A program made the position numbers and the translations under genes. From assembly GCF_009914755.1 (NCBI RefSeq), contig NC_060947.1: a stretch of DNA of 64,000 bases, one strand, 5' to 3'. This DNA is from the human T2T-CHM13v2.0 reference genome, Homo sapiens. Position 1 is the first letter of the stretch, and every line of letters begins with the position of its first letter. This document shows positions 28,591-49,731 of this stretch, piece after piece. The notes below the pieces were generated by a model. It made no database searches, was not told where the DNA came from, and saw only the letters and a program-made list of their open reading frames with translations.

Positions 28591-30987
28591 ACTTTATAAA
28601 TTCAATTTCGGTTTTCCCTTTATTTATTAATACAAGATTTCTAAACAAGGTAGATGTGTAATAGAGCTGAAGGGAATTTTTTAAAGGGAAATGTTTATGA
28701 GGAATTCAGCCATCATTGTGTATATCCAAAGTGGATTCACACCTAAGGACCTCAAAGAAATGAGTTGTGATCTAATTGCAGACTTTAGAGTTAAAACTAA
28801 GATTCAGCAAACTGTGGTGTTTCAGTTCTCTTAAACTGGAAATAAAGCAGACCACATGTTTTGAGGGGAGCCACAGAAGTGAAAGTTAACTCTCTAGCAA
28901 GTTCCATCTGCTGTTTTTTAGTGTCTAGAAATAGCTCTTTGTTGTCATGTCCCAGGGAAATTAAGATTTCCTCAGAAACCTGGAGGTGCTTTCCTAAAGT
29001 TGGGTTACTTCAAGAACTGCTAAAAGACAAATCTCAGATTTTCACTGGATTTAATTTCACTGATTTTTTTAAATAGAAAACTAATATTTAACTTTTCTGC
29101 AATTTGGAAAACTCCCTCCAGTTGGATTAGACTGTATTTTAAGTATTTTTAGCTACATGAGTACATCTAACTGAAAATCTACATCACCACCAATATTTTG
29201 AATTGTTTCTTGTAATCTGGTAACTTAGAGATAGGCAAAAAGTTGACATCTTTATTTTTATCTGTACCTGAAAGTTTAGATACTCTTACTAAAGTTGGGG
29301 TTACATAAAACGTTTCAGTAACTTTAGGGAGGTAAAATCTCAAGAGAAATTTCTTAAATTACACCAAAAAACTTTCCTAAATAGAACACGTTTCAGAGCC
29401 ATTTAAATAAAGGTTGATTATTTTAAGGTCATTCTATTTAAATGGTCAAAACTCAAGAGTAAAATAGGAATCATTTTAGCCATCTGAGAAAACAAGTCTC
29501 ATTCTGATCCATTAACATTAGACAATATACTGCATTTCAACAAATCCAAGATGCCATTGGTTACAAGGCGCCTCAGCAAGCAAAATCACTGACTTTCATG
29601 GATATTAAAACGTGGGGTATCCCATCTGGTAGTAATCCTTGTCATGACAAACGTCTTTTCACATCTGGAAATAGGTTTTTGTAGTGGGCTTTTCTCACAT
29701 TGCTTTTTTTTCCATTAGTGGAACTTAGAAACCCTATTAGAAACCCTATTTTTATGTGTAATTGCTAACAAAGCTGGCCAATTTACAAGTTTATGAAGAA
29801 ATGGCTTGATGGAACTGAACCTTTGAGGAGTCACCGAATTATTAATGAAGTGCCCTGTGTAAGCGGTCTTCTTGAGATAGTTTTGTGTCGTAGCTTCTGG
29901 TTTTCACATGCATTATAGTTAAGACACCAAGTGGACTTTCTTGCTCTGCCAGTATGGTTCAGCTGCCCTGGACTAGTCTCTGCCTGTCAAAGCACTCCCT
30001 ATGTTAGAAAATGAGTATAGAGGCCAGGCGTGGTGGCTCACGCCTGTAATCCCACCAGTTGGAAAGGCCGAAGCGGGTGGATCACCTGAGGTCGGGAGTT
30101 CGAGACCAGCCTGGCCAACATTGTGAAACCCTGTCTCTACTAAAAATACAAAAATTAGCTGGGTGTGGTGGCGCACGCCTGTAATCCCAGCTACTCAGGA
30201 GGCTGAGGCACGAGAGTAACTTGAACCAGAGGCAGAGGTTGCAGTGAGCCGAGATGGGGCCACTGCACTGTAGCCTGGGCGACGGAGTGAAACTCTCAAA
30301 AAAAAAAGAAACTGGCTTCTGTAGCCTTCCCAGCACTAGCCAAACTCCTCAAAGGTAAGCAAGTGGGGGCCACCTTGCAAGATAGTAAGAATTGTGTTCA
30401 TTTTCTATTTATATTCAACCCTATAGATGTGTTTAAAAAACAAAATATTCCAAATAGGTACTTTGGATATTGGAACATTTTTTTCCATGGAGTCCTTTTT
30501 AGCAATTCAGTTGCATCAGGAATAGAAATGTATTCTTAACAGTGTTGCTGCTGTGTCTCTTAAATCACTTGCCATTAATTATCTTATGTTCTCATCTAAT
30601 TCTTCCCCCACCCATTAAAACATTGGTACACCTTTGGAGTTCAGAAGTAAGGATGATTTTGGCTGGGTCTTAATTCCCATGCTGCTGGGACCAGAGAGAA
30701 GAAAGGATATGCTTCATGGAGGTTCAGAATTGCATTCCCTTCTGACCCACCAACTACTGCCTGCACGATAGCTGTTAACAAGAGGAAGCATTTGCAGGAT
30801 GTCAAGGAAATGAGTCAACATTTAGGGCACATGGTATGTTGAGGGAAAGTCCTTCAGAATCCATTTTCCTCAGGTGTCTATATGTTTAGGATGTGGCCCT
30901 TATTTCTTGATGTAAACTAGTGTTTTCTGCTGGGTGATTAAGGAAACAACTTTTTCAGGCTGTGTTTAAAATCAGTCAGAAACCTAG

Positions 30988-31206
<219 letters not shown>

Positions 31207-31359
31207 TAGTAGAGACGGGGGGTTTCACTGTGTTAGCCAGGATGGTCTCGATCTCCCGACCTTGTGATCTGCCCACCTCGGCCTCCCAAAGTGCTGGGAT
31301 TACAGGCGTGAGCCACCGCGCCCGGCTAAGTTGGTTTTAAATAAGCTCTTAGGTTGTAG

Positions 31360-31726
<367 letters not shown>

Positions 31727-31885
31727 TAACAGAAAAACAAAAAACAAAAATTCAGACTTGCACTAAAATGGTAGCAGGTTTGCCTTACTAATGGCCACTG
31801 AAGCTTGGTTTAATAACTTAGTAACGTTAAGTGCTAGATAAACTGGATGTTGGGTTGTTGTTTAGCACTTATCAGCACAGCGTTA

Positions 31886-32185
<300 letters not shown>

Positions 32186-33010
32186 TCAAAAGAAAAAAAA
32201 AAAAAGGAAGAAAGTCCATAAACCCCACCCATGTTCAAGGGGAGGGGCATCTCACATTGGCCGGGCACGGTGGCTCACGCCTGTAATCCCAGCACTTTGG
32301 GAGGCCGAGGCGGGCGGATTACCTGAGGTCAGGAGTTCGAGACCAGCCTGACTAACATGGAGAAACCCCATCTCTACTAAAAATACAAAATTAGCCGGGT
32401 GTGGTGGTGCATGCCTGCAATCCCAGCTACTCGGGAGGCTGAAGCAGGAGAATCGCTTGAACCCGGGAGGCGGAGGTTGCAGTGAGCCATTGCACTCCAG
32501 CCTGGGCAATGAGAGCGAAACTCTGTCTCAAAAAAAGAAAAAAAGAAAAAAAAAGAAATGGCTACAGGATGTCCCTCTCATTCTGTGTTTTTGTCTCTAG
32601 AAAAGGATGATAAAGTAACCAAGAGTGACACTTATATTATCAGGTGCTTTTGAGGAGTAATAATTTATCAATATGCAATCCACATTTAGGCTTTTAACTG
32701 CTGTTCCGCTATGCTGAAGTGCAATGGGCAATACTCATCACAAAAGCAGCTTAGAGCTGTAAACAAAAAAGAGGAATTACTTTTAGGGAAGCTGGTTTAA
32801 CTGTACAAATTTAAAGTCAAGAATTAACTTAAGATTTAAGGCTAGAACTAAAAGAAAGCATATATAACGTCATACCTGAATCTCCTACTAAATTCTGAAG
32901 TTTGGCATTAGGTTGGTTTGAAAACAGTTGTTAAAACGTGGCCTTCTGGCCTGGCGCAGTGGCTCACGCCTGTGATTCCAACACTTTGGGAGGCCGAGGC
33001 AGGCGGATCA

Positions 33011-33281
<271 letters not shown>

Positions 33282-33896
33282 CTAGTGAATGGGGGAAAAG
33301 TCAAGTAAGGTTTGTTTGTTTTTTTATTCCGAATTTGTTTACAGATGTACCGTAGCTGAAATACAGTGTTACATTTTGTGTCTAGATTAAAAGAAAATAC
33401 AGTTGCCTAAAATAATATCCCATATTTTAAATTATGCTGTACATCAATTGCAGTAGTTTTTTTCACCCCACAGTAGTTCTTTGCAATGCGTTTAGCGTGA
33501 ACTCCTGTTGAGGAGCAGCTTTTGTTACAAATTCGATGTGGGATTACAACTTTGAAAACTGAAATACGCCTTTTATTTTTTTGTAGCTCTGATTTGAACC
33601 TCATTTGAAAATAAGTACATTGAAGATTTATACTAACACATTTCCAGTGGCTGAGATCAAGTGTTATAACCACTACTTTGAATGAAAAGAAAATGTGCTA
33701 ATGTGCTGTACAAAACACACGGGTCCCAGGAAGAAAATAAAATAGCAGCCCATATTTTCAAGTGATAGCAGGTTGTACCCTGACTCAGCACCAATCCATC
33801 CAAATCCTTTAGCAGCTTTAAAATGTGGATGTCAGCCGGGCGCGGTGGCTCACGCCTGTAATCCCAGCACTTTGGGAGGCTGAGGCGGGTGGATCA

Positions 33897-34230
<334 letters not shown>

Positions 34231-34504
34231 CTAGTTCTAAGAAAGCAGTCTGTGTACGGTTCTTCTCAAGTCTGGTCTCCACTCCAAATGTTTTCCTCCA
34301 TTAGAAAATAAAAGCTTGTTTATTCATATGAAACCCTACCGTGGTGACTTTGATTAAAAATGCATCTCCTTTATAACTTTCGCAAATGGGCTGAATTTAG
34401 ACTGTGCCTACTTGTAGCCACTTGTCAAGTCTCCAAGACAGGAATTTTTCTCATCTGCATTTCAAAAACTCTTGTCTTTGTTACAATAAACTTTCTCTTC
34501 ATCA

Positions 34505-34690
<186 letters not shown>

Positions 34691-34693
34691 TTA

Positions 34694-34837
<144 letters not shown>

Positions 34838-34993
34838 TCAGGAATAATAATGCTGCAAAGATGTTATGGGACTGAAGAAACAATGTAAAGAAAGGAGGTG
34901 GCCGGGCGCGGTGGCTCACGCCTGTAATCCCAGCACTTTGGGAGGCTGAGGCGGGCAGATCACAAGGTCAGGAGATCTAGACCATCCTTGCTA

Positions 34994-35215
<222 letters not shown>

Positions 35216-35713
35216 TCACAACTGAGGCACAGGTTCTACACGTGTGAAGTACACTTTGCCTTAAATTGTGTTCTCTCCCAGTTGCTCTCTTGATTTGAAT
35301 ATGGGTGATTGAGTCCAACTTGACCTCTGGAAAACTCATCACTCCAGGTGCACAATCATTAATCAGGTCTAAAGTAAATAGTTTGGAGAAATCCTAGTGT
35401 CAGGCATATCCTTGCTGGGGTTTTCTGGATGTACTCAGTGTCTTTTTTATAAGAAAAGCCAGCTTTCTTACAGACCGTTGATGCAACTCTCACGTTCAAA
35501 AAAAAAAAAAAGGAGGGGGGCGGGGGGCGGATGCTGTGGCTTACACCTGTAATCCCAGCACTTTGGGAGGCCGAGCGGGGGGCGGGGGGGGGGGGGTGGA
35601 TCACCTGAGGTCAGGAGTTCGAGACCAACCTGTCCAACATAGCGAAACCCCGTCTCTACTAAAAAATATAAAAATTAGCTGGGCGTGGTGGCGGGTGCCT
35701 GTAGTCCCAGCTA

Positions 35714-35860
<147 letters not shown>

Positions 35861-35915
35861 TTAGAATTAAAATGGAAAAATTGGTAAGTTTAGGATTGCA
35901 TCGTTACCTGGATAG

Positions 35916-36251
<336 letters not shown>

Positions 36252-36544
36252 TGATCCGCCCGCCTCGGCCTCCCAAAGTGCTGGGATTATAGGCGTGAGC
36301 CACCGCGCCCAGCCAATATTTACTCTTTTCTTTAATATTTTATACATTCAGATTTTGAACATATACACATTCAAGGAATATTATCTTGCCCAACTCTGGT
36401 TACTTTTCTTTGTATTTTGTTTGAATTAATTTTCATTGAAAATGACTGGATTCTTTGCTGTTGCAGTGCTCCTGTACACTTGAACTTGGTTTCCTTTTCC
36501 TCATGGTACTAAGTCAAAGATAGCAAGGGCTGCAGTGGCCCTTA

Positions 36545-36706
<162 letters not shown>

Positions 36707-38416
36707 TTAAAAATACAGAGAAATGGCTGGGCTCAGTGGCTCACGCCTGTAATCCCAGCACTGTAGGAGGCTGAGGTGGGCGGATCACGAGGTCAGGAGT
36801 TCGAGACCAGCCTGGCCAACATGGCAAAAATCCGTCTCTACTAAAAATACAAAAATTAGTCGGGCATGGTAGCATATGCCTGTAATCCCAGCTATTTGGG
36901 AGGCTGGGCAAGCTAATGGCTTCAACCCAGGAGGCAGAGGTTGCACTGAACCGAGATCCAGCCACTGCACTCCAGCCTGGGCGACATTTCCCCCATCCTC
37001 CATTCCATTCCCTTCCCCTACACCAGAAGCAAGCACCATCATGATTCAATGTGTATCCTTCAAGCACAGTTTTTAATGGTGCCCAGCTTTGCTGACAGAT
37101 GGCCCATTCAGGATGCCACATCAACCCTAAGATAGGGACTTCACAGGGAAAACTGGAAGTGGCGTTTCTCCAGCAAAGGACCAAGAGGATCTTACTTAGT
37201 GAATTCCAAAACAAAGAAAATAATCTGCTGCTAACATCAGGAATACTGCTAACATCGTGTGAGCAAAATGGCTGTAACAGAGTATATCCTAGACAAAGGT
37301 GTCAGAGTCCAAAAGGAATTGACAATGTTTCTTCAGAAGTGGTCATGAGGCCCTGAGTTGGAAATGGGGTCTCCATGCACGTGGGATATGACATGGCTGC
37401 CTCCCCCAAATTTGTGGAAATAAGATTTCTAGTCATGATAAGTTTTTCTCACCTATGGTTTGAGTCGTATGAGCAAGAAAAGGATGGTTTTTGTGTCTGT
37501 TAAGTTTTCCTTTTAGAAAAGTACTGAGGCCCAACTTTGTGTAGAGCCTTGCCTTGTAGGGGACTTTGATTCTGCCCAAGACAATTCCTCCAGCTTTAAG
37601 CTTGGCATCCCAGCAGCCCAACTTTACCATCTTCCCTGAGCAAATAATGACAAATGAAATAGCACTTTAAGCCATCTGTTCAAGTTGGTGCATTTTGCCT
37701 CTGGTGTTTATAAACCTGCTCCAATAAAAAGCAAAAACAAAGCCCAGAGTTTAGCAAAAAGCATGGTTGGGTGAGCAGCCAAAAGCAATTTCCATCTCAG
37801 AAAGAAACACAATTTTATTTTTATCCAAGATGTTTTGGTAATGTGCGGTTTGCTTCAGAACAACAAATGTGGCGTGTCCTGGTATCTTGAAGCATCTCTC
37901 CTTATTTGAAGAAAAGCAAAGAAATGGGAGGAATGTGGGGAGGATCATAACTTACTTTGTGGTTGTGTGTTTATGTGTAAGCTTGGCTTTGTTGCTGAAA
38001 TTAGCAATAAGAATCTTCTGGAACATCTGCCTATCTAGTTCATCAAATGATTCTTCATAATGCTTGGGGGTGATTTTCAGGGCTGACCAATGGCGGTTAG
38101 CTTTACTTTTTGTTTGCTTTGGGGAGTTTCAATAGGGATTTTTTTCTAATGATTTGCTAAATGATATCACAAGGTAGCATTATTTTGTCTTGTCTACGGA
38201 ATATCACTACAAAAAGATTGGAGTATTTAGTTCTCAGCAGCAGTAGGATAGCCCTAATCCCCATAACCCTATGAGGTACGTGAAATATCCTTATCTTACT
38301 GAAGAAATTTCATCTCAATGGGCTTAAATTTAATAACTTGTCTGGGGTGGCTCAGCAGGACAAAAGATAAACAGGAAATTATTTTCTTTTTTTTCTTTTT
38401 TCTTTTTTTTTTTTGA

Positions 38417-38557
<141 letters not shown>

Positions 38558-39677
38558 TAATTTTTGTATTTTTAGTAGAGACAGGGTTTCGCCATGTTGG
38601 CCAGGCTGGTCTTGAATTCCTGACCTCAGGTGATCTGCCCGCCTCGGCTTCTCAAAGTGCTGGGATTACAGGCGTGAGCCACCGTGCCCGGCCTTAAATC
38701 ATTTTTTAACAATGAAAATCCATTTTAGAATTAAGGTCTGGCAGACAGTTCTGTTTAGTCTTGTTATGGTAAGGAACACTCTTGCCTGAAACTGCAAGCA
38801 CTAAGGAAGTGAATCGTGAAGTCTCTGTACCCTATGTTTGTTCCTCCTCTGCTATTTGACATCTTGCTAACTCCACTGGTTCTGTTAAGTCCTTCCGCGC
38901 CAGGAACAATATCATAGTGGTAACTCAATTAGTACTTTCTCAGGGATTTGAACCTAGGGCGTTTGACTCCAGAATGCAAACTCTGGTGCCTCAGGATCGA
39001 ATGGATCAAATTCTTTGTATCATAGCTTTGGTCACCTAGGGCCAATGTGAATGATTTACTCAAGAGATATTTCAACCACACAATAATTTGAGTTCTGATC
39101 TCTATGTATTAATAAAAGTCCACCTGATAACACATAAGCACTTGTTTTTGTATTTTTTTTTATTTTTTATTTTTTGAGACAGAGTCTTACTCTGTTGCCT
39201 AGGCAGGAGTGCAGCGGCACGATCTCAGCTCACTGCAACCTCCACCTCCTGGGTTCAAGTGATTCTTCTGCCTCAGCCTCCTAAGTAGCTGGGATTACAG
39301 GTGAGTGCTAGCACGCCGGGCTAATTTTTGTACTTTTAGTAGAGACGGGGTTTCTCCATGTTGGCCAGGCTGGTCTTGAGCTCCTGACCTCAGGTGATCC
39401 ACCCGCCTCGGCCTCTCAAAGTGCTGGGATTACAGGCGTGAACCACCGCACCCAGCCACTTTTTGTAATATTTTTTAAAAGCCTCCAAAATGAGTGATTT
39501 CCAGCAGGCTTGCTCTGGGCTTCCTTAAGGACCTCTGAGGAAGCCCTTGCTACCTGGAGACAGCAGCTGTTTTGAGACTGGCCTTTGTAGCCAAACCTTA
39601 GAAACCTTCTGAGTTCTGACTGAAATGTACAATTTGCCATGTATTAACGACTAGCAGAATTCTTTTTTTTTTTTTGA

Positions 39678-39863
<186 letters not shown>

Positions 39864-40888
39864 TAGCCAGGATGGTCTCGATCTCCTGACCTCGTGATCC
39901 GCCCGCCTCGGCCTCCCAAAGTGCTGGGATTACAGGCATGAGCCACCGCGCCCGGCGACTTGCAGAATTCTTAATAACTTGGTTTCCTGTATTGGATTAA
40001 AATAAGTCTACGTGGTTGATCAAAGGGAGAGGAATGAAACATACTTTCAATAAATGGTTTTGTGCCATTCCATTTATCTATATCTTCAGCCTGTTAACTG
40101 TTAGGCTGAAAAATTAGAAAGCTGCCTCTATATAACGAATTCTCAACTATGCCAGATATTAACATCTTAGTAACTGGAAAGTGGCACTGCTTTCTCATTA
40201 GCATAAATCTACTTGATTGCACAGACATTCTACCCTGGAAGAAAATACATGTCCTGCCCCCACTCCCATGGGATTCAAAGCTATTTTCACCTGGAAAGAA
40301 AATAAATGCAGCCCGTAAGCATATTTTTCCCTAAATTGGCTCTTGTGGGGGAAAATTAAGTTTGCTCACCATTAATATAGAAACTTCTAGAAGGTACAAG
40401 AGGTTCTGATTTGAGCAGTATGGTTTCTCATTAGCCAAAGACCCCATAGATGCCTATGAAGAAAACTGGGAAGAATAATTGAAGAAGAAAACAAAATAAC
40501 CAGATGGGATGCTCCCAGGGGTCCCTGGAGGAGGCACTTTGGAAGTGGTTTCTAAACACTGGGTTGGTCCCCAGACCTCATAATCCTTGAGGATTTTGTC
40601 TGGTCAAAATGATGCAGAAGGAGAGATTGAGACAACAGAGTAAGATTTTCATAAGACTGAATTTGCTCTATTTAAACAACTATCCTATGAGATTATATAC
40701 CTTTGGATCTTTTTAAAAGAATTTTTTACAGAGATGGGGTCTCACTATATTGGCCAGGCTAGTCTCGAACTCCTGGCCTCAAGTGATCTGCCCACCTCCA
40801 CCTCCCAAAGTGCTGGGATTACAGACGTAAGCCACCACGCCTGGCCTCCTTGGACTCTTTTGAAATTCAAATGTCTTTCCTTATATGA

Positions 40889-41193
<305 letters not shown>

Positions 41194-41226
41194 TGAGCCA
41201 CCGCGCCCGGCCTGTTTGTTTTTTAA

Positions 41227-41613
<387 letters not shown>

Positions 41614-41988
41614 TCAGTTTGTGAAATTTGAGATATCTGAGAGCAGCTCATCTATGGCATCTCAGTAAATGTTGGATTCCAAATGAGGCAAGCTGGAATG
41701 GGGCCCCTAGTGTTCACTGACACAGCAAACGTAGGGTCAGCAAACGACAGGGTGGAGCAGAGAGGACAGACATGTGTTTATTTTCTGTAGCTAAAGGACT
41801 TGACAAGTCAAAGAATCCCTGGCCATTAAAATCCAAGGAGTAAATATACCAACTCATGTACCTTACACTGATACAAGCTGTTCACTGATCTGAGTGCCCA
41901 GGGAGGGTTCATTCCCTGCATGTGGATTTGGGGAGAGATTCTCTTCTCCTCAGGGCCCAGGGACTGCCTTTTCCAGAACTGGCCATCA

Positions 41989-42639
<651 letters not shown>

Positions 42640-43009
42640 TCATCATGGCGGCAGCCAGGCCAGTCTTGTTCTTTGCCTTGGGGATGTATTAGCAGAAAGT
42701 AGAGGAAAAGGGGCTGCTTCTAGCATCCAAGTTTTAAAGGGCCTGGCCCCTGAGAGGCAACAAAATAACTCCAAGTGGACCCTTGATTTGAGGCAACACC
42801 TGGTGAGTCCGGGCATGTGGACCCTTTTCTGGTGCAGGCACGTGGACCATCTCTCTTGGACCAGAAAAAGGTCCATGTGCCCAGACTCACAAGGGAGTAA
42901 AAGGGTGAGGGAAGGTATGCAGGCCCAGAACAACTGCTCACAGCCCAGCTGGCAGAGGGTGCTAGACCCAGAGGGGCCTGCAGATGAGGGCCAGACACAG
43001 CTGCAAAGG

Positions 43010-43490
43010 CGCGCGTGCGTCCTTCACAGTTGCCAACAGGTGGAAACAGCCCAGGCATCCATGAACAGATGAACGGGTAAACAGAATGGGGCCTATCCAT
43101 ACAATGGAATATGACTCAGCAATGAAAAGGAAGGAAGCGCTGACGCGTGCTGCAACATGGATGAACTTTGAAAACAGGCTGAGTGAAAGAAGCCAGATAC
43201 AGGAGGCCATGGTCGCACGATTCTATTGATATAAAACATCCAGAATAGGCAAATCCATAGAGATGGAAAGCAGATTAGTGGCTGCCAGGGGCTGAGAGAG
43301 GGGAGAAGGGGAAGTGACTGCTAATGGGCAGGGGTTTCTTTTTTTTTGGAGAAAGGAAAATGTTCTGGAACTAGATAGTGATGATAGTTGCACAAGATTA
43401 TGAATGCACTAAATGCTACAAATTGCACACCTTAAAATGGTTACAATGGTAAATTTTATGGTATGTATATTTTACCACAATAAAAAAAAC
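43010..43490 (+). mobile_element. L1MB (L1MB7/8-like) 3' end
   Basis: tatccatacaatggaatatgactcagcaatgaaaagg...atccagaataggcaaatccatagag...ttttaccacaataaaaaaa. Confidence 0.85.
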
Positions 43491-43856
43491 TTTTGGCTGG
43501 TGAGCTGGCTCACACCTGTAATCCCAGCACTTTCCGAGGCCGAGGTGGGTGGATTGCTTGAGGTCAGGAGTTCGAGACCAGCTTGGCCAACATGGCGAAA
43601 CCCCATCTCTACTAAAAATACAAAAACTTAGCCGAGTGTGGTGGCGTGTGCCTGTAGTCCCAGTTACTCAGGAGGCTGAGGCAGGAGAATCACTAGAGCC
43701 CGGGAGGCAGAGGTTGTAGTGAGCCGAGATGGCACCACTTCACTCCAGCCTGGGCAACAGAGCAAGACTCCATCTCAAAAAAAAGAAAGAAAGAAAGAAA
43801 AAACTTTTAATGGTGAACATGGTTAATTATATATGTATTTTACCACAATAAATTAA

Positions 43857-44315
<459 letters not shown>

Positions 44316-44399
44316 CAATAAATTTTTAATTTAAAAAAAATTTATTTTTTATTTTTTGGTAGAGATAGGTTCTCTCTATGTTGCCCAGGCTGGTCTTGA

Positions 44400-44660
<261 letters not shown>

Positions 44661-45600
44661 TAATCTTTGTATTTTTAGTAGAGATGGGATTTCACCATGT
44701 TGGCCAGGCTGGTCTCGAACTTCTGACCTCAAGTGATCCACCTGCCTTGGCCTCCCAAAGTGCTGGGATTACAGGCATGAGCCACCACGCCCAGCCGCCT
44801 CAAATTTTTAAAAAAACATGTGCCTTCCCCTGCACGTTGCTCCAGGGACGTGCACACACAGCCTCTGCCTGGCACACCACAGCTGACAAGGGCTGACAAT
44901 AGTCAATTTCATCAGAGTGCTTTTCTCACCTAGATCCTTCCTTTCTGCCTCCTCACCACACCCCTTTACCCACAAACAGTGGGAGGGGAGCCCTGGACAC
45001 TCTCAGCTTCCTCCTGCCCCTGAGTTCCAGCGATCAAAGATAAAATTGAAAACATTAGCTATGCCCACTGCTCCCTGGTGGAAGGCAGCCACCTTCTGAG
45101 GAGGTCCCATGGGAGAGTGAGTCCCCTCCCCGTGCATAACCCGACCCCCAAATTGGGGGCTCTTCAGACCTCATCAGATCCTGCACAGGCCCCCCAGGAT
45201 AGGTGCTTGGGGTGCAGCAGCTGGCCAAGGCGCTGTGCCTTGTTGTCTAGGTGGTGTGCCCACCCGGGCTCCCGGTCCCGCCTGGTCACAAGCATCCCCG
45301 CGTCAGCTGATGAACACCCCTGTCCAGCAGGTGCCAGACACCCGAAATCAAGAGGAGTGTCCTGTGCTCCAGGAGCCTGAGAGGTGGCAAAGTCCCCGGG
45401 GGGAGGCGTGATGGTAGGGAAGGCTTCTGACATACCTCTGCAGGGGCCAGGGCCCTGAGTCCCGGGTCCCCATGGTGTGTTTCTGTGTGAAGTCAGTGGC
45501 ACTGCCAGCGCCGTGGTCATATTACCTAGGCCACAGCTGCCAGGCCTGCAAGCTCTTTCCTACTTCCCTTAGGTGCCCAGACCCAAAGTCAAGAGGACCT

Positions 45601-45930
45601 TGACCCGTGGGGGTCGTGGGGAATGAAAACCGTCCTGCGAACTTGAACTTCACTAGGGAGGCGGCGCTCTCTCTGCCCCGGTTCTATCACGCGCATCCGT
45701 TAGGAACTAAGCGGCACCTGCGCGAGGCTAGGCTTGTTGACATATTTCTTGCTGGCGGCGTCCTCTCGCGTGGAGCACGACTGCGCAAAGCGCCGACAGT
45801 CCCCCGAGCGAGGACGGCAGCGAGACTCCGAAGCCCCCTTAGCAACCAAGCCGGTGCCGCTGCCCTTGCGCCGGGACTGCAGCCGGGTCTTCCGAAGTGA
45901 GGATATGCTGCCCTCTAGAGGCCGCGGGGT
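45601..45930. promoter_or_regulatory. Small non-repeat CpG island
   Basis: About 34 CpG in 330 bp by hand count, GC-rich, no recognisable repeat. Confidence 0.8.
45907..45923 (-). promoter_or_regulatory. CTCF motif
   Basis: Minus strand reads GGCCTCTAGAGGGCAGC, matching the core CCNSYAGRKGGCRS. Confidence 0.7.
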
Positions 45931-46324
45931 GACATGGCCCATGAGGCTGTCTGGGCAGGGTGGGTTCGGGTGGGAGGAACCAAGGTGGACAAGCCTCGAA
46001 GTAAGAGATCTGTTCAAGGTCACAGGGAGTCGGGACTCATGCGGAGGCACAGATCCAAGCTCTCTGTACTGGGCCCTTTGGTATTCTGTTGGCTCCTATT
46101 TTTTTGTTTGTTTGTTTTTTGTTTTTTGTTTTAGATGGAATCTCTGTAGCCCAGGCTGGAGGGCAGTGGCGCGATCTCGGCTCACCACAACCTCCACTGC
46201 TGGGATCAAGCGATTCTCCTGCCTCAGCCTCCCGAGTAGCGGGGATTACAGGCGTGCGCCACCATGCTGGCTAAATTTTGTATTTCTTAGCTTTTTTTAA
46301 GCTTTTTTTTTTTTTTTTTTTTGA

Positions 46325-46970
<646 letters not shown>

Positions 46971-47088
46971 TGAGCGCTGTGGCTCATGCCTGTAATCCCA
47001 GCACTTTGGGAGGCCGAGGCGGGCAGATCACCCGAGGTCGGGAGTTCGAGACCAGCCTGATTAACATGGAGAAAGCCCGTCTCTACTA

Positions 47089-47587
<499 letters not shown>

Positions 47588-47654
47588 TCATGAAGCTTAA
47601 CCCTCAGAGCCCCTCATTTGCAGAAGACTCTTCGGGGCCTTTAAAATGGGATAC

Positions 47655-47757
47655 GTTTCACATAGAGTTTTCACATATGTTTTCACATATAGTTTTCACA
47701 TATGTTTTCACATATAGTTTTCACATATAGTTTTCACATATGTTTTCACATATAGTT
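47655..47757. repeat. Minisatellite, 8 copies of GTTTTCACATAT(A) (12/13 bp)
   Basis: Units read directly from the sequence. Confidence 0.95.
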
Positions 47758-47989
47758 ATTATTGGCCATCCTGGGGTAGGAATGACTTCCAGGAATGATT
47801 TGACCTGCCCACCTGGCCTCATGATACTATGCACTATAGCAGCTGGGACTGGGCTGGTGGAGGAGCAGCAAGGTTTGGAATGTACAGAGCCAGACGTTAA
47901 TCCATGGAAAATTCTTCCAACCATCAAACATGAAAACTTGTAAGCAGATCAAAATGAAAGTTTTTCCTCTTAAGAATATAATCAGGCTA

Positions 47990-48112
<123 letters not shown>

Positions 48113-48115
48113 TTA

Positions 48116-48271
<156 letters not shown>

Positions 48272-48329
48272 TCAAAGAAGAAGAAGAAGAAAAAAAGAAA
48301 AAAAAATATATATATATATTCAATAATGC

Positions 48330-49731
<1,402 letters not shown>

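Larger units (their letters stand above)
24551..28610 (+). other. USP9X: USP9X 3'UTR (~4 kb, AU-rich)
   Basis: AT-rich and nearly repeat-free after the stop codon; AATAAA at 24751, 25415, 25803 and 28585. The 3' end is inferred. Confidence 0.75.

Noticed and set aside
45734-46300. 188-aa ORF starting in the CpG island
   Set aside because: TTG start, open because of GC richness, runs into an Alu, no recognisable domain.
47655-47757. Regular repeat array superficially like CRISPR
   Set aside because: No spacers, 12-13-bp units, eukaryotic context.
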